64,000 bases of DNA from a virus: the IMG/VR virus record IMGVR_UViG_3300031251_000970, positions 1 to 64,000 of that record; one strand, 5' to 3'. This document shows, piece after piece, positions 7,900-17,222 of the stretch. The position numbers and the translations under genes are program-made. The notes under the pieces are model-generated. The model did not search any database. It worked only from the letters and a program-made list of their open reading frames with translations, and had not been told where the DNA came from. The stretch's first letter is position 1, and each line of letters starts with the position of its first letter.

Positions 7900-8994
7900 C
7901 TATTCTTGAGCGAACGGCATGATCAGATGTTGATAGTCGCCAGAGATGAACATTGCCCGATTATCGCCGTCGATCAATTTGACTTCGACCGATGATCCTT
8001 GATCCAAATTCTTCAGCAGATCGGCGACGTATGATCCTCCGAATATGATCGTCAATGGTTCGCCGTCATCGGGAATCGGCATATCGGATTGAGCCTTTCC
8101 AATGTCTTGATCCTTGCTTTCGATGATCAACTTTCCGCCGCCGAAGATGAATGTCAATCCGGTTGATTCGGGAGTTTCCAAAACTCGCACTTGACGCACG
8201 AGAGCGGAGAATTGATTCACCGGAATCATGACCGTTCGTTTCGACTCTTCGGGCTTGACCAGAACCTTGCGATAATCCGGTAACCGCCCCTGAACTGTCT
8301 GAGACGTAATCGACACGTTGCCGATCTTGAACACGACATTGTTATTCGCACTTGCGATCCAACATGGTTCGGTATTCAAAACGCCAGCAATAATTCGCAT
8401 TGCCGCGACCGGAACAACCGGATTGACGATCGGCCATTCGGGATTATTGACCTTCGAAGCGGCCGCTTTCGCGAGCGACAATCGTCGAGAATCCGTTGAT
8501 GCGAGTGAGAGAGTTTCGCCCTCGAATTCGACCTGAATTCCGCCTAATGCGTATCGAGTCGTTTTTTCATCGACGCTGAATGATGTTCGTTTGATCCCAT
8601 CGCGAAGCGGAGTTGCCGCAACGGTGAAATAAGCATCGGCATTGAAAATCGGAATGTCCGGGAACTCTTCGGCATCCTCCAGCCCAAGATTGTAATTCGC
8701 CGATCCGCATTTGATCCGCAGCTTTTTGTCAGTGACTGTCAATGTCAATTCATCGCCGCTCGCCTCTCGCAGAATTGCCAACATCCGCGAGGAGGGAATC
8801 AGGATTTGTTCTGGTTCCCCGATGTAGGGAACATCGACCTGCATGTGAATTTCGGTATCTGACGCACTGAGAGCGATGTTTGTTCCGTCTGCGATCATGC
8901 GAACGTTCATCAAAACGGGCTTCGTCGTCTTGCTCGGCACGACCGCTGAAACGGCCGTAAAGGCATCGCTGAAAACTTTCCGACTGATCTTCAT
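7900..8994 (-). CDS. dnaN: DNA polymerase III beta sliding clamp
   Basis: 364 aa; ASDTE, EEFPDIP, RYALGG, ASTDSRRL, GRLPDY, LIMP motifs. Confidence 0.93.
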   Translation of the reverse strand: MKISRKVFSDAFTAVSAVVPSKTTKPVLMNVRMIADGTNIALSASDTEIHMQVDVPYIGEPEQILIPSSRMLAILREASGDELTLTVTDKKLRIKCGSANYNLGLEDAEEFPDIPIFNADAYFTVAATPLRDGIKRTSFSVDEKTTRYALGGIQVEFEGETLSLASTDSRRLSLAKAAASKVNNPEWPIVNPVVPVAAMRIIAGVLNTEPCWIASANNNVVFKIGNVSITSQTVQGRLPDYRKVLVKPEESKRTVMIPVNQFSALVRQVRVLETPESTGLTFIFGGGKLIIESKDQDIGKAQSDMPIPDDGEPLTIIFGGSYVADLLKNLDQGSSVEVKLIDGDNRAMFISGDYQHLIMPFAQE

Positions 8995-9006
8995 GTGTTC
9001 CCTTTG

Positions 9007-9216
9007 TTATTCGATCACAAATCCCATCGCGATCAGTCGCGGAGATTCATCATCAATCTTGCTTCGACTCCTGACCTGTTTTTTTGTGCGGCCGCAGAAT
9101 ATGCACTTTCCGCCGCCATTCTTCCAGCGATGCTTTGACCCCACTCGCTTTCCTGTTCGCGGATTAACTCCATTGAACTCGGAGCACGGGCGAACATAGA
9201 GTTTTTTCGCGTTCAT
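9007..9216 (-). CDS. Small basic Cys/His protein
   Basis: C...H...CIFCG; ATGA-coupled. Confidence 0.55.
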   Translation of the reverse strand: MNAKKLYVRPCSEFNGVNPRTGKRVGSKHRWKNGGGKCIFCGRTKKQVRSRSKIDDESPRLIAMGFVIE

Positions 9217-9599
9217 GATTGCGGATTGATTTCTTGGATTTTCATGACCTGCTCATGAATTTTCATGATCTGCGGGAGAACTTCTCCGAGGATTGATTTA
9301 CCGTGCTCCCAGGAATCACATTCCGCATTTTCCATCAGCAATCGATTGTCGATGGTTCGAATCCCGCAGATGAATGATATTTGCCCATCTAAATCAAATC
9401 GCATCACTGCGAGCACAACATCTTCCCATCTCGCCACAATGCTCGAAACTCTTGAGTCTCCGCCAAAATGCGTCTCATCGCTCCATTCCAGTTTTTCATC
9501 AGCCATCGAATCTTCCCTTTCAATTGTGTCAAACTCATCGTCATAGAAATCCTCGAACTCGAACGCCGATGCTTCCATCTTTTCGAATGATCGCGACAT
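9213..9599 (-). CDS. Hypothetical acidic protein
   Basis: 128 aa ORF with RBS. Confidence 0.6.
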   Translation of the reverse strand: MSRSFEKMEASAFEFEDFYDDEFDTIEREDSMADEKLEWSDETHFGGDSRVSSIVARWEDVVLAVMRFDLDGQISFICGIRTIDNRLLMENAECDSWEHGKSILGEVLPQIMKIHEQVMKIQEINPQS

Positions 9600-9612
9600 G
9601 ATTTCCCCTCAT

Positions 9613-9837
9613 TCACGGATTCTGCATATCGTCTACGATTTGATCGGATACTGAATCTCCGTCCGCGATCTTAAACGCACATCCCGTGCAAAAACATCGA
9701 AGGGAATTGTCCCACGGGTATACCCATCCCTGATCCGGCTCAAGATTCTTGCCGCACACGCTGCAAGCATTTTCGGTATTGATTGATCGTTTATCGAAGC
9801 ACCTGCGTATCGCGATTTTCTTAACTGAGTTTCTCAT
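9613..9837 (-). CDS. Small zinc-finger-like protein
   Basis: CSVC...CTGC. Confidence 0.6.
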   Translation of the reverse strand: MRNSVKKIAIRRCFDKRSINTENACSVCGKNLEPDQGWVYPWDNSLRCFCTGCAFKIADGDSVSDQIVDDMQNP

Positions 9838-9847
9838 TATCGATCTT

Positions 9848-10417
9848 TCACGGAGCGAATCGCTTTTTCTTGGTCACTTTCACTTTCGGGACCGTAATCG
9901 TCTGGATGCATTCCGATTGATAGTCGGTCGCCGATGTCTCGAACTTGGCAATCTGCATCGCGATCCGAGCGAGGGCATAGGCGTCGTACTCGTCATCGGT
10001 TTCCAGTTCGATTCCGTAGCGGCGAGTCAAACCGACAATGACACCGGTCTTGCCTTCACCTTTCCCTGAACCCGTCGCGAATTTTTTGAGCGTTAACGGA
10101 GCGACCTCGTAAATTGGAACCTTCTCCCAAACGATCGCATATCGCAGCAGTCCGCCGAATTCGATCCGCGACCATGCCTGACCTGACATGCTGCCCATTG
10201 AATAGGATTCGATGCAGCAACATTCCGGCTTCCATCGCTCAATCAATTCAATGACCTGCGAAACGATTGATTTGTTACGCACCATTCGATCGGCGACGGT
10301 CGATCCGAGCGGCTTGGAGATGATCGCGGACTTCTCCATGATCGATCCCGCATCGTCAAGCACGATTACGCCGGTTCGGGTCAATGAAGGATCGATTCCG
10401 ATTACTGTGCGAAGCAT
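9848..10417 (-). CDS. RuvC-like Holliday junction resolvase
   Basis: IGIDPSLTRTG, CIE, LKKFATGSG, DDEYDAYALA. Confidence 0.88.
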   Translation of the reverse strand: MLRTVIGIDPSLTRTGVIVLDDAGSIMEKSAIISKPLGSTVADRMVRNKSIVSQVIELIERWKPECCCIESYSMGSMSGQAWSRIEFGGLLRYAIVWEKVPIYEVAPLTLKKFATGSGKGEGKTGVIVGLTRRYGIELETDDEYDAYALARIAMQIAKFETSATDYQSECIQTITVPKVKVTKKKRFAP

Positions 10418-10612
10418 GACTTCCCCAAATTACGACTTTCCTCGAATGTCCGTACCATCCTCCGAAAATCTATCCAAGTAAGCCCGAGTTCGGTCGACTC
10501 AAAAAATGTCTCGATTCGAATCCGATCGATTAGCCAACGTTCCGATGCGGTTTCGCGGCTGAACTCTGAAAGATCGCTGAACGTTCCATCATTCATGGTT
10601 GATTCCTTTCCT

Positions 10613-10801
10613 TTAACGACTACTCATCAATACGACCTTGATGATCAGCAGCACAATAACCACGACTAAATTCAGCATTGCCGCTCCGAGCAGAGCCGAT
10701 ATTCGCTGAAAATTATCTTTCATCATTACGATGCCGACCGCGAGAAGGATCCAAAATACCCACAGGGCTCCCCACAAAAAACCGCAGGCGAATTCACTCA
10801 T
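10613..10801 (-). CDS. Small two-TM membrane protein
   Basis: Two hydrophobic helices in 62 aa; ATGA-coupled. Confidence 0.65.
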   Translation of the reverse strand: MSEFACGFLWGALWVFWILLAVGIVMMKDNFQRISALLGAAMLNLVVVIVLLIIKVVLMSSR

Positions 10802-11673
10802 TTCGTCATCCTCGATTCTGCCATCGCGATATGAGCTTTGATTTGATCGAGGGCGTCATGATCGAATGTGTTCACGCAGTTCAGTCCTTTCGCATGATCT
10901 CCAATCGTCAATATTTCCTCACTCGGCAACACGAATCGGAATCCTGTTTCCGAAGATGAAATCGCTCGCATGTTTCCATCTTCCATTCGTCGTTGCAGAA
11001 AACCGATGCATTTGTCTAGCTGCGACTTCGGCGGTTCATCAACTGGCCGAATGATCGGCTTCCGAATCAGGTCGAGAGCGGATTGATACTTCCGCAGAAA
11101 CTTTTCCAGCTCGCCTTGCAGAGTCGCCGTGAAATCATCGGGATAGACTCGGATGATCAGTGAATCGATTTCATCGCTTGGCGAATAGCTGATGAAGTCG
11201 CACCATTCGCGGCGAGTTACCAATAGCGATCCGTGAACTTGGCACTTGTATTCGCTCGGCAGAGTTCCGTTTCGGACATAGCGAATATGTGTTTTCAAAT
11301 CTGGGCACTTGACTTCGATCATCCCGTTTTCGCCGACAAGAGCATCAGGCGAGCAGCCGTATCTGCCGCAGTCTGATAAGCAGAAACCGACCTCGGTCAG
11401 TTCTTGATCCGTTCGCATCGCATACCAGGACCGGGCTTCCGGCTCAGTATCGATTCCGTTTTGCATCGATTTAGAAACGTACGAATCTTCCGGTTCGCAC
11501 GAGTAAACTTGATCGATCGATTCTGCGATCAGTGAGTCAATGAAACCGTCTTGAGATGTCGACGGAACGCACTTCACCGGACTCATGATCTTGTCGAATG
11601 AACTTGCCGTAGGAATCCCCCTTCGAAGCCGCCACCATTCAGCGGACCGTTGCTCAACATTGAACAATTTCAT
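10798..11673 (-). CDS. YqaJ / lambda-exonuclease family recombination nuclease
   Basis: QRSAEWWRLRRGIPTAS, GCSPDALV, IEVKCP, YKCQVHG. Confidence 0.92.
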   Translation of the reverse strand: MKLFNVEQRSAEWWRLRRGIPTASSFDKIMSPVKCVPSTSQDGFIDSLIAESIDQVYSCEPEDSYVSKSMQNGIDTEPEARSWYAMRTDQELTEVGFCLSDCGRYGCSPDALVGENGMIEVKCPDLKTHIRYVRNGTLPSEYKCQVHGSLLVTRREWCDFISYSPSDEIDSLIIRVYPDDFTATLQGELEKFLRKYQSALDLIRKPIIRPVDEPPKSQLDKCIGFLQRRMEDGNMRAISSSETGFRFVLPSEEILTIGDHAKGLNCVNTFDHDALDQIKAHIAMAESRMTK

Positions 11674-12518
11674 AATCCGCCTCCGACATCAGACATCGAC
11701 TTCTTAAATCGCTTGTCCAATTCACTGACCGCTTTCGAAAAGACAGATTGCGGCAGGTCTTCATAGACTCTGAATTCCCCATTCGCTTTCGAGGCTTTCG
11801 CGAGCCAGTCGATAAATGCGGCTTCTCGTACTGGAGAACCCGCTCGTTCGCAGTCGGTCGCCATTTTGCGAATCTGCTCGCACTGGTCCTCGGTCCATTT
11901 GGCGGAATCGGAATTGCCGTCATTATCCTCATCGGCGACAACAATATTAAATATCATCAGAGTCAAATATCGCCGCAAATAGGTAATCATCGATCCGAGA
12001 CCCTGAACGGCGGTCTTGTTCGCGACTCCCTTTGCTCCCACATCGTCAATCGGAGAATCGAGGAATCGAGTCTTGGAGAATCCGCCAGTATGCTGAACTT
12101 CGCAAATGATCCGCCGATGATTCGGCAGGTCTGATTTGTCCTCGCCGAACTCTAGAGCGAATCCTTCCTCCGTATAGATCGGCCGAATCAGATTCGCGAC
12201 GGTTTCGAGGCGAGCGTACATACTGCCCGTCGATTTGTTTTGCGAATCTCGCACGACAACCGGCATTCGCTTCTGGCAGCGATTCATCGCTTCCGCATAT
12301 TGCTGTTCTGCGGCCTTCTTTTCCATGCGGTCCTGCAAATCCATGAACTGTGCGATCCGCTCCGCATCGAGGTTCTTTTCGAGGGCCATTTGCAGCAGCG
12401 AATAAGGATTCGCGACCTGCACGATTGCCGTCGATGAATTCTCTTCCACGATCGTCGGCTTCCAGTTCGGAGGCTCGTCTACATTGACAACGGTTTCGGC
12501 TTCGGCTTCGTCGCTCAT
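11670..12518 (-). CDS. ERF-family ssDNA annealing protein
   Basis: YARLE, QGLGSMITYLRRYLTLMIFNI...DEDNDG signature. Confidence 0.9.
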   Translation of the reverse strand: MSDEAEAETVVNVDEPPNWKPTIVEENSSTAIVQVANPYSLLQMALEKNLDAERIAQFMDLQDRMEKKAAEQQYAEAMNRCQKRMPVVVRDSQNKSTGSMYARLETVANLIRPIYTEEGFALEFGEDKSDLPNHRRIICEVQHTGGFSKTRFLDSPIDDVGAKGVANKTAVQGLGSMITYLRRYLTLMIFNIVVADEDNDGNSDSAKWTEDQCEQIRKMATDCERAGSPVREAAFIDWLAKASKANGEFRVYEDLPQSVFSKAVSELDKRFKKSMSDVGGGL

Positions 12519-12730
12519 GATTGTCCCTTACATTGCAAGATTTCGGTTTTCAGTTGATGCCCGCAAAACGGACAAAACGCAATTTCTACCTGTTCGACGA
12601 TCGATTCGATCAGTTCGTCGTCGCTCCAGTCGAAGCGAAAATCACTGCCGATTGCGAATATCCCATTACCTCGACCGACAATGATTCGATCGGCAATCGA
12701 TCGCCTGAGTTCATCGCAACATTCGGCCAT
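12515..12730 (-). CDS. Small Cys protein
   Basis: MAECC...IAFCPFCG, GGAGG RBS; start moved to 12730. Confidence 0.65.
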   Translation of the reverse strand: MAECCDELRRSIADRIIVGRGNGIFAIGSDFRFDWSDDELIESIVEQVEIAFCPFCGHQLKTEILQCKGQS

Positions 12731-12788
12731 GATTTTCCTCCAGACTGCAAAAGAAAAACGCGGGACTCCGTTCCCGCTGTATTTGAGA

Positions 12789-13055
12789 TCATTCCTTGTT
12801 CGCGAATTCCTCGAGCGATTCCTTGATGATGCTGACATCGCCGCAGACGCTCAGAGCATAGACGATTCGGCAACATGCGGCCTCGCTGATGAGGGCACAT
12901 TGTTCTCCGATGCAGACTTCCCAATCTCCACCGTCGTCGATGAACATGACTTCCTGCATCCAGTAGATTCGATCATCCGTTTTGGATTGTTTTCCATATG
13001 CGGCAAGAATCGTTTTGGTGTTTTCATAAAGGCAAAAGACTGGTTTCGTTGACAT
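12789..13055 (-). CDS. Hypothetical protein
   Basis: First ORF after the 13.1 kb promoter, AGGA RBS. Confidence 0.6.
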   Translation of the reverse strand: MSTKPVFCLYENTKTILAAYGKQSKTDDRIYWMQEVMFIDDGGDWEVCIGEQCALISEAACCRIVYALSVCGDVSIIKESLEEFANKE

Positions 13056-13098
13056 GATTGATTCCTGAGTTTGCGGTTACTGATTCGCACTGAGAAGA

Positions 13099-13127
13099 AT
13101 GTTACTCAAGATTTAATCGACTGTCAA
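13099..13127 (-). promoter_or_regulatory. Sigma70-like promoter
   Basis: TTGACA-17-TAACAT in an intergenic region. Confidence 0.75.
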
Positions 13128-13160
13128 TCGATTGTTCTGCAATTTTTGTGAGCTGCGGAT

Positions 13161-13343
13161 TTATTTTTCGCCGTCATCAATTTCCTTCCGCCGCACGACG
13201 ATTTCCGAATTAGCGATGACTCCGATTCTGGCCGATCTGAGCGAGCGAATGTTCAGCAGCATGACTTCGATCGGTCCATCGAGCACATCGCCTTTTTTGC
13301 CGATTAGAATCGATTCCTTCGAGTTTCGCGTCAGAACTAGCAT
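13161..13343 (-). CDS. csrA: Carbon storage regulator CsrA/RsmA homolog
   Basis: MLVLTR..ESILIG...IEV...RIGVIA...VRRKEI. Confidence 0.85.
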   Translation of the reverse strand: MLVLTRNSKESILIGKKGDVLDGPIEVMLLNIRSLRSARIGVIANSEIVVRRKEIDDGEK

Positions 13344-13770
13344 TCGTTTCCCTTTCCTTGAGATTGCGGACTTTCAACTTCTTGCATTACGCGACAGATG
13401 ACCCGCTGTCGCACCGGGATTTAATCTGTATCCTCCGGACTTTGACAAATCATAGCTAACCGTACGAGGATGCTTTTTGACCGGGACGTCGAACTTCGGC
13501 TTTTTGGAAATCAACGCCCGTTGCATCGGTCGGGCGAAACCGACTAATAAACCGCCAGCCGCAAGAAGTATGCTTCCAAATGTACCACATTCGCTTCCTC
13601 GCGAATCTCCAGCGGTCCCCTCGGTACTCGCTGAATTGCGGATAGCATTCGCAGAATCCGATCATCGAAACCGACAACAATTTCAATCGATAATTGAGAC
13701 TGTGATCCATTCTTGATTTTACCATTTACTCGCAAGCAAACCGCAAACTCTCCGAATCGTTTAATCCCAG

Positions 13771-13863
13771 AAACGTCGGCGGGATTCGAACCCGCAATTG
13801 CCAGCAATCTAAGGTTTTGGCGTCCTCTTAATTGCTTGCGTCTACCAGTTCCGCCACGACATT
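13771..13863 (-). tRNA. tRNA-like gene (Leu-type D arm) with an enlarged 24-nt anticodon loop; isotype undetermined
   Basis: Acceptor AATGTCG/CGACGTT, D arm GCGGAACTGGTAGACGC, anticodon stem AGCAA/TTGCT, T arm GCGGG-TTCGAAT-CCCGC; no encoded CCA. Confidence 0.75.
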
Positions 13864-13966
13864 TCGACTGTCGGTTCCGCATTGTCGTTGCCGAGATTTC
13901 TCTCACTCTGCCATCTATCGCAGATTCTGATCGGGTTTCCGACTTCCGCACCAAACAAACCGGCCT

Positions 13967-14617
13967 TCACTCTGTTTGGTTGACAACCTTTTCCTCGGTT
14001 TCCCGAGCGGCCTTCGTTCTTTCTGAATGTTCTCGAATGGATTGCATTGCCTGCAGAACCCATTCGTTGCGTTCAGCACAGTGTTTGATCTCTTCCAAAT
14101 TCTTCTCGTAATGATAACTCATCTCACGCATGAGATATTCAATCCTGCCTTCTCTCCACTCGGCCGGTGTTTTGGCTTTCGGATAGATTAACTCCGTCAT
14201 CCTGCAATCGTGCTCAATGGAATCGCCCAATTGCTCGATCATGAACTGTCGGAATTTAGAGTGCTCTTTAGTAGGAGCGATATAGGATTTCGCGATGGAC
14301 ATCATGGCCGAATATCGTTCGAGTTCTCTCGTTTTCCCTGCTTTGCGATCCGCTATTTCCTTTTCGGCCAGCTCAGTTTCGGCTTTGAGTGCCAATTCAA
14401 TTTGTTCGTCAGTCATATCGCGAATATCGGCGAGTTGGTTCGAGCATCGCCAAAACTCCTTCGAATGATAATCGGACGGCTCGATCGCTTCGATTGGATC
14501 GCTCAGTCCTGATTCTTTCATGTCTACCAAAAATGCTCTCATGCATCCAATCGCGTATTGCTCGAACGTCGTGATCTTGCCGTTCTGAACTCCACTCGTA
14601 TATCCCGTTGGCATCAT
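13967..14617 (-). CDS. Phage hypothetical protein (MPTGYT N-terminus)
   Basis: AAGGAG RBS before MMPTGYT; helical; start moved to 14617. Confidence 0.75.
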   Translation of the reverse strand: MMPTGYTSGVQNGKITTFEQYAIGCMRAFLVDMKESGLSDPIEAIEPSDYHSKEFWRCSNQLADIRDMTDEQIELALKAETELAEKEIADRKAGKTRELERYSAMMSIAKSYIAPTKEHSKFRQFMIEQLGDSIEHDCRMTELIYPKAKTPAEWREGRIEYLMREMSYHYEKNLEEIKHCAERNEWVLQAMQSIREHSERTKAARETEEKVVNQTE

Positions 14618-14624
14618 GTCTCCT

Positions 14625-15632
14625 TTATTGCTTGGATTGCAGCCGAGCCTGAACCGACTCGATAACCGTGACGAGCGTTTTGAATTGAGTCTCGACCAGT
14701 CGTTGCTCGAAAAAGTTCGCATCCGACAGTTTGAGCGAACCGAGTTGATTCAATTCTTCCAAATAGCTGCCGATTAACTCCAGGTCTGTCTTGAGTTCAA
14801 ACGTCACGACCTCGGTTGCCGCCGCCTTCTTTTCCGGTTCCTGAAATCTCCAGGACGTTCCGACGTTTCCGCGATAGGGCGAAACTGATGCTCGTTCGAC
14901 TGATTCGCGTTCGAGTCGTTCGTTTTCCGCTGCGGCGTCGGCTTTGTCTTTCTCGGCTTTCGCGTTCAGTTCGTCGATTCGCTTGTTTTCAGCGTCGATT
15001 TTGGCTTGTTGTTCGTCGATCTTCCGCTGCTTTTCGGCGAGTTCGTCGCTGATTCGTTTTTGTTCCGCTGCGATCTCGGCCAATCGATCGGCTTCGGCCT
15101 TTTGTTCCGCCGCGAGTTTTGCATCGGCTTCGGCTTTCTCCCGTCGCTGGCGATGATATTCGGCCGTTCTGACAAGCAAATCGGCGAATGCTTCGTCCGT
15201 CCAATCGCGAATATTCTCGGGAAACATGAATCCGCCCAGTTCTTCGATCTTCGATTTGCGGATGTGCTCGCGGATATCGAGTCGTTGCTTTTCGATCGCT
15301 TCTTTTTCGGCCTCGACGGCATCTTCCATCTTTTTCAATCGCTGTTCAGTCGGATTGATTTTCGATTGGAGTTTCTCAGCGGCCGCGTCGACTTTCTTGA
15401 TCTTGTCGCGGAAGAATCGACCGGCGTTCAATCGTTCATCCTCGATCGTCGTGCGAATATCTCGGCAGGCGAGGCGAGCCCTCTTGACGGCTGCGAATCC
15501 CTCCTTGTCGTCGATTCCGTCGATCTTCAATCCCGAATATTTCGCGACGGTCTCTTCGATCGTCTTTTCGGTGATCGTAATCAGTTCTGGTGTTTTTGCT
15601 TCGGCGTTCGGATCGATCAGTTCGGTGATCAT
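14625..15632 (-). CDS. Coiled-coil phage protein
   Basis: E/K/A/R-rich heptads; [15 protein letters not shown]-terminus. Confidence 0.75.
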   Translation of the reverse strand: MITELIDPNAEAKTPELITITEKTIEETVAKYSGLKIDGIDDKEGFAAVKRARLACRDIRTTIEDERLNAGRFFRDKIKKVDAAAEKLQSKINPTEQRLKKMEDAVEAEKEAIEKQRLDIREHIRKSKIEELGGFMFPENIRDWTDEAFADLLVRTAEYHRQRREKAEADAKLAAEQKAEADRLAEIAAEQKRISDELAEKQRKIDEQQAKIDAENKRIDELNAKAEKDKADAAAENERLERESVERASVSPYRGNVGTSWRFQEPEKKAAATEVVTFELKTDLELIGSYLEELNQLGSLKLSDANFFEQRLVETQFKTLVTVIESVQARLQSKQ

Positions 15633-16369
15633 GCGGTTTCCTTTGTTTGCTTTTCGAGTTCAGCCAAACGTTTCATATCTGCCATCGCTACATCGTCGCT
15701 GTCGAAGAATCGACGTGGCGAGATTTCATAGCCAGACTTTTTATAAATCTGCATCGCCGCGAACAGCGTCGACGTTTTTTCTTCGAGTTCTTTACCCTCT
15801 TTACCGGCGAGAACCACGGTCCAGCCCGCTCGGCAATGAACGGTCTTGCATTTGTGCCAGCTCGACATGCAGAAAGCATCGGGTTTCGATGCGGCCTCGT
15901 AAATTTTCTGATGAATATTGTCGATCGCTGGAATAGAAAAAGCCTCAGTTTTCTGCGGCGACAAATCGGAGCAACGGAAGCAACCGGAGCAATCGTAGCA
16001 ACCGGAGCAATCGGAGCAATCGGAGCAATCGGAGCAACGGGAGCAACCGTAGCAACCGGAGCAATCGGAGCAACGGGAGCAACCGTAGCAACCGGAGCAA
16101 CGGAAGCAACCGGAGCAACGGGAGCAACGGGAGCAACGGGAGCAATCGGAGCAACGGGAGCAACCGGAGCAATCGTAGCAACCGGAGCAACCGGAGCAAT
16201 CGGAGCAATCGGAGCAACGGGAGCAACCGTAGCAACCGGAGCAACTCAATAATGCGAGAATTGCATTTTCTTCCGATCCGAACCAATTCACAGCGGCTCG
16301 GTTGTTTCTTTCATCGATTGCGACTCCATTTTCGATCTTGATTAGTTTTCGGCGTTCCTCGTTTGTCAT
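15629..16369 (-). CDS. Cys-rich (CxxCxx)n repeat protein
   Basis: 31 C-x-x triplets followed by a [13 protein letters not shown] domain. Confidence 0.8.
   Translation of the reverse strand: MTNEERRKLIKIENGVAIDERNNRAAVNWFGSEENAILALLSCSGCYGCSRCSDCSDCSGCSGCYDCSGCSRCSDCSRCSRCSRCSGCFRCSGCYGCSRCSDCSGCYGCSRCSDCSDCSDCSGCYDCSGCFRCSDLSPQKTEAFSIPAIDNIHQKIYEAASKPDAFCMSSWHKCKTVHCRAGWTVVLAGKEGKELEEKTSTLFAAMQIYKKSGYEISPRRFFDSDDVAMADMKRLAELEKQTKETA
15965..16243. repeat. Coding tandem repeat, 31 x 9 bp
   Basis: Minus-strand unit TGC-TNC-NNT repeated 31 times. Confidence 0.95.
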
Positions 16370-16399
16370 TGGATTTCCTTTGATTGTTGAGATTCGGAT

Positions 16400-16951
16400 T
16401 TATCCCCACTGGGCGGCCATTGCTTCCGCGATTCCAATGAAGGTTCTACTGCGGTCCGTTGACCGGTTTTTTCCGGGAGCCATTCGGTGAATTCTGTTTT
16501 CGCGTCCCTCGACGATATTTGTTGGAATCAATTGCGGTAGATTCTTCAACCAAAGGCATGTAGCCTTCGTTTCTCCGTGCCCGAATTGCCACGGTTGAAT
16601 GATTTGATCCGGCTTTCTCCAAATTGTCGATATAATGCCGATCGGATTCTCAATCGCGATTCGTGGTATCTCGCTCTCGGCTAATCGCATGAAAAATTCG
16701 ATCGCTTTTTTTTGGCGTCCATCGGCCCGTTTTTCCGCAAAGTGCCGAGCCCCTGATACGCAAATATGCGTACATTCCGGATGGGCAACCATCAAATCCC
16801 ATTCCTGATCCAAAAGATACGTTACATCGCATTGCAAATGCGGACCTTCTCGCTCGCTGGGCTTAATATCGCACGACCATGCATCGTGTCCGCGAGCGAT
16901 GAATGCATCACGAACAATTCCCGAGCATTCGCAAGCAATCAAGACTCGCAT
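16400..16951 (-). CDS. Short phage C5 cytosine methyltransferase-like protein
   Basis: MRVLIACECSG, AHPECTH, IENP, QPWQFGH, RSRTFIGIAEAMAAQWG. Confidence 0.8.
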   Translation of the reverse strand: MRVLIACECSGIVRDAFIARGHDAWSCDIKPSEREGPHLQCDVTYLLDQEWDLMVAHPECTHICVSGARHFAEKRADGRQKKAIEFFMRLAESEIPRIAIENPIGIISTIWRKPDQIIQPWQFGHGETKATCLWLKNLPQLIPTNIVEGRENRIHRMAPGKNRSTDRSRTFIGIAEAMAAQWG

Positions 16952-17146
16952 TTATCGCATCCATTCGCGAAGTTCGGATTCGTAACTCCAATCAGAACCC
17001 ACACATTTCCATATTTGAGCGGTTTTACATTGATCCGAGATTTCAAATATCGTGTGCGATTCAATTTATCGGCTCTTACGATGGCTTCGGCTTCGGTCTT
17101 CATTTCAATCCTCGCTTCGTGGTTACTGTTTCACGTCACAGCAGCA

Positions 17147-17175
17147 ATGATATCGGCATTTTTATTGTTCTGCAA
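17147..17175 (-). promoter_or_regulatory. Sigma70-like promoter
   Basis: TTGCAG-17-TATCAT upstream of a small ORF starting at ATG 17103. Confidence 0.6.
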
Positions 17176-17222
17176 TATTAAACCGATTCGATTTGACATT
17201 TTTATGGAAGTTTTCCATCGGC

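Noticed and set aside
15965-16243. Possible CRISPR array
   Set aside because: Contiguous 9-bp coding units with no unique spacers and no cas genes.
15647-16252. Plus-strand collagen-like (GAT/GAI)n ORF and the minus-strand poly-LLR ORF
   Set aside because: Shadow frames of the 9-bp Cys repeat; the Cys frame has an RBS, gene coupling and a sensible C-terminal domain.
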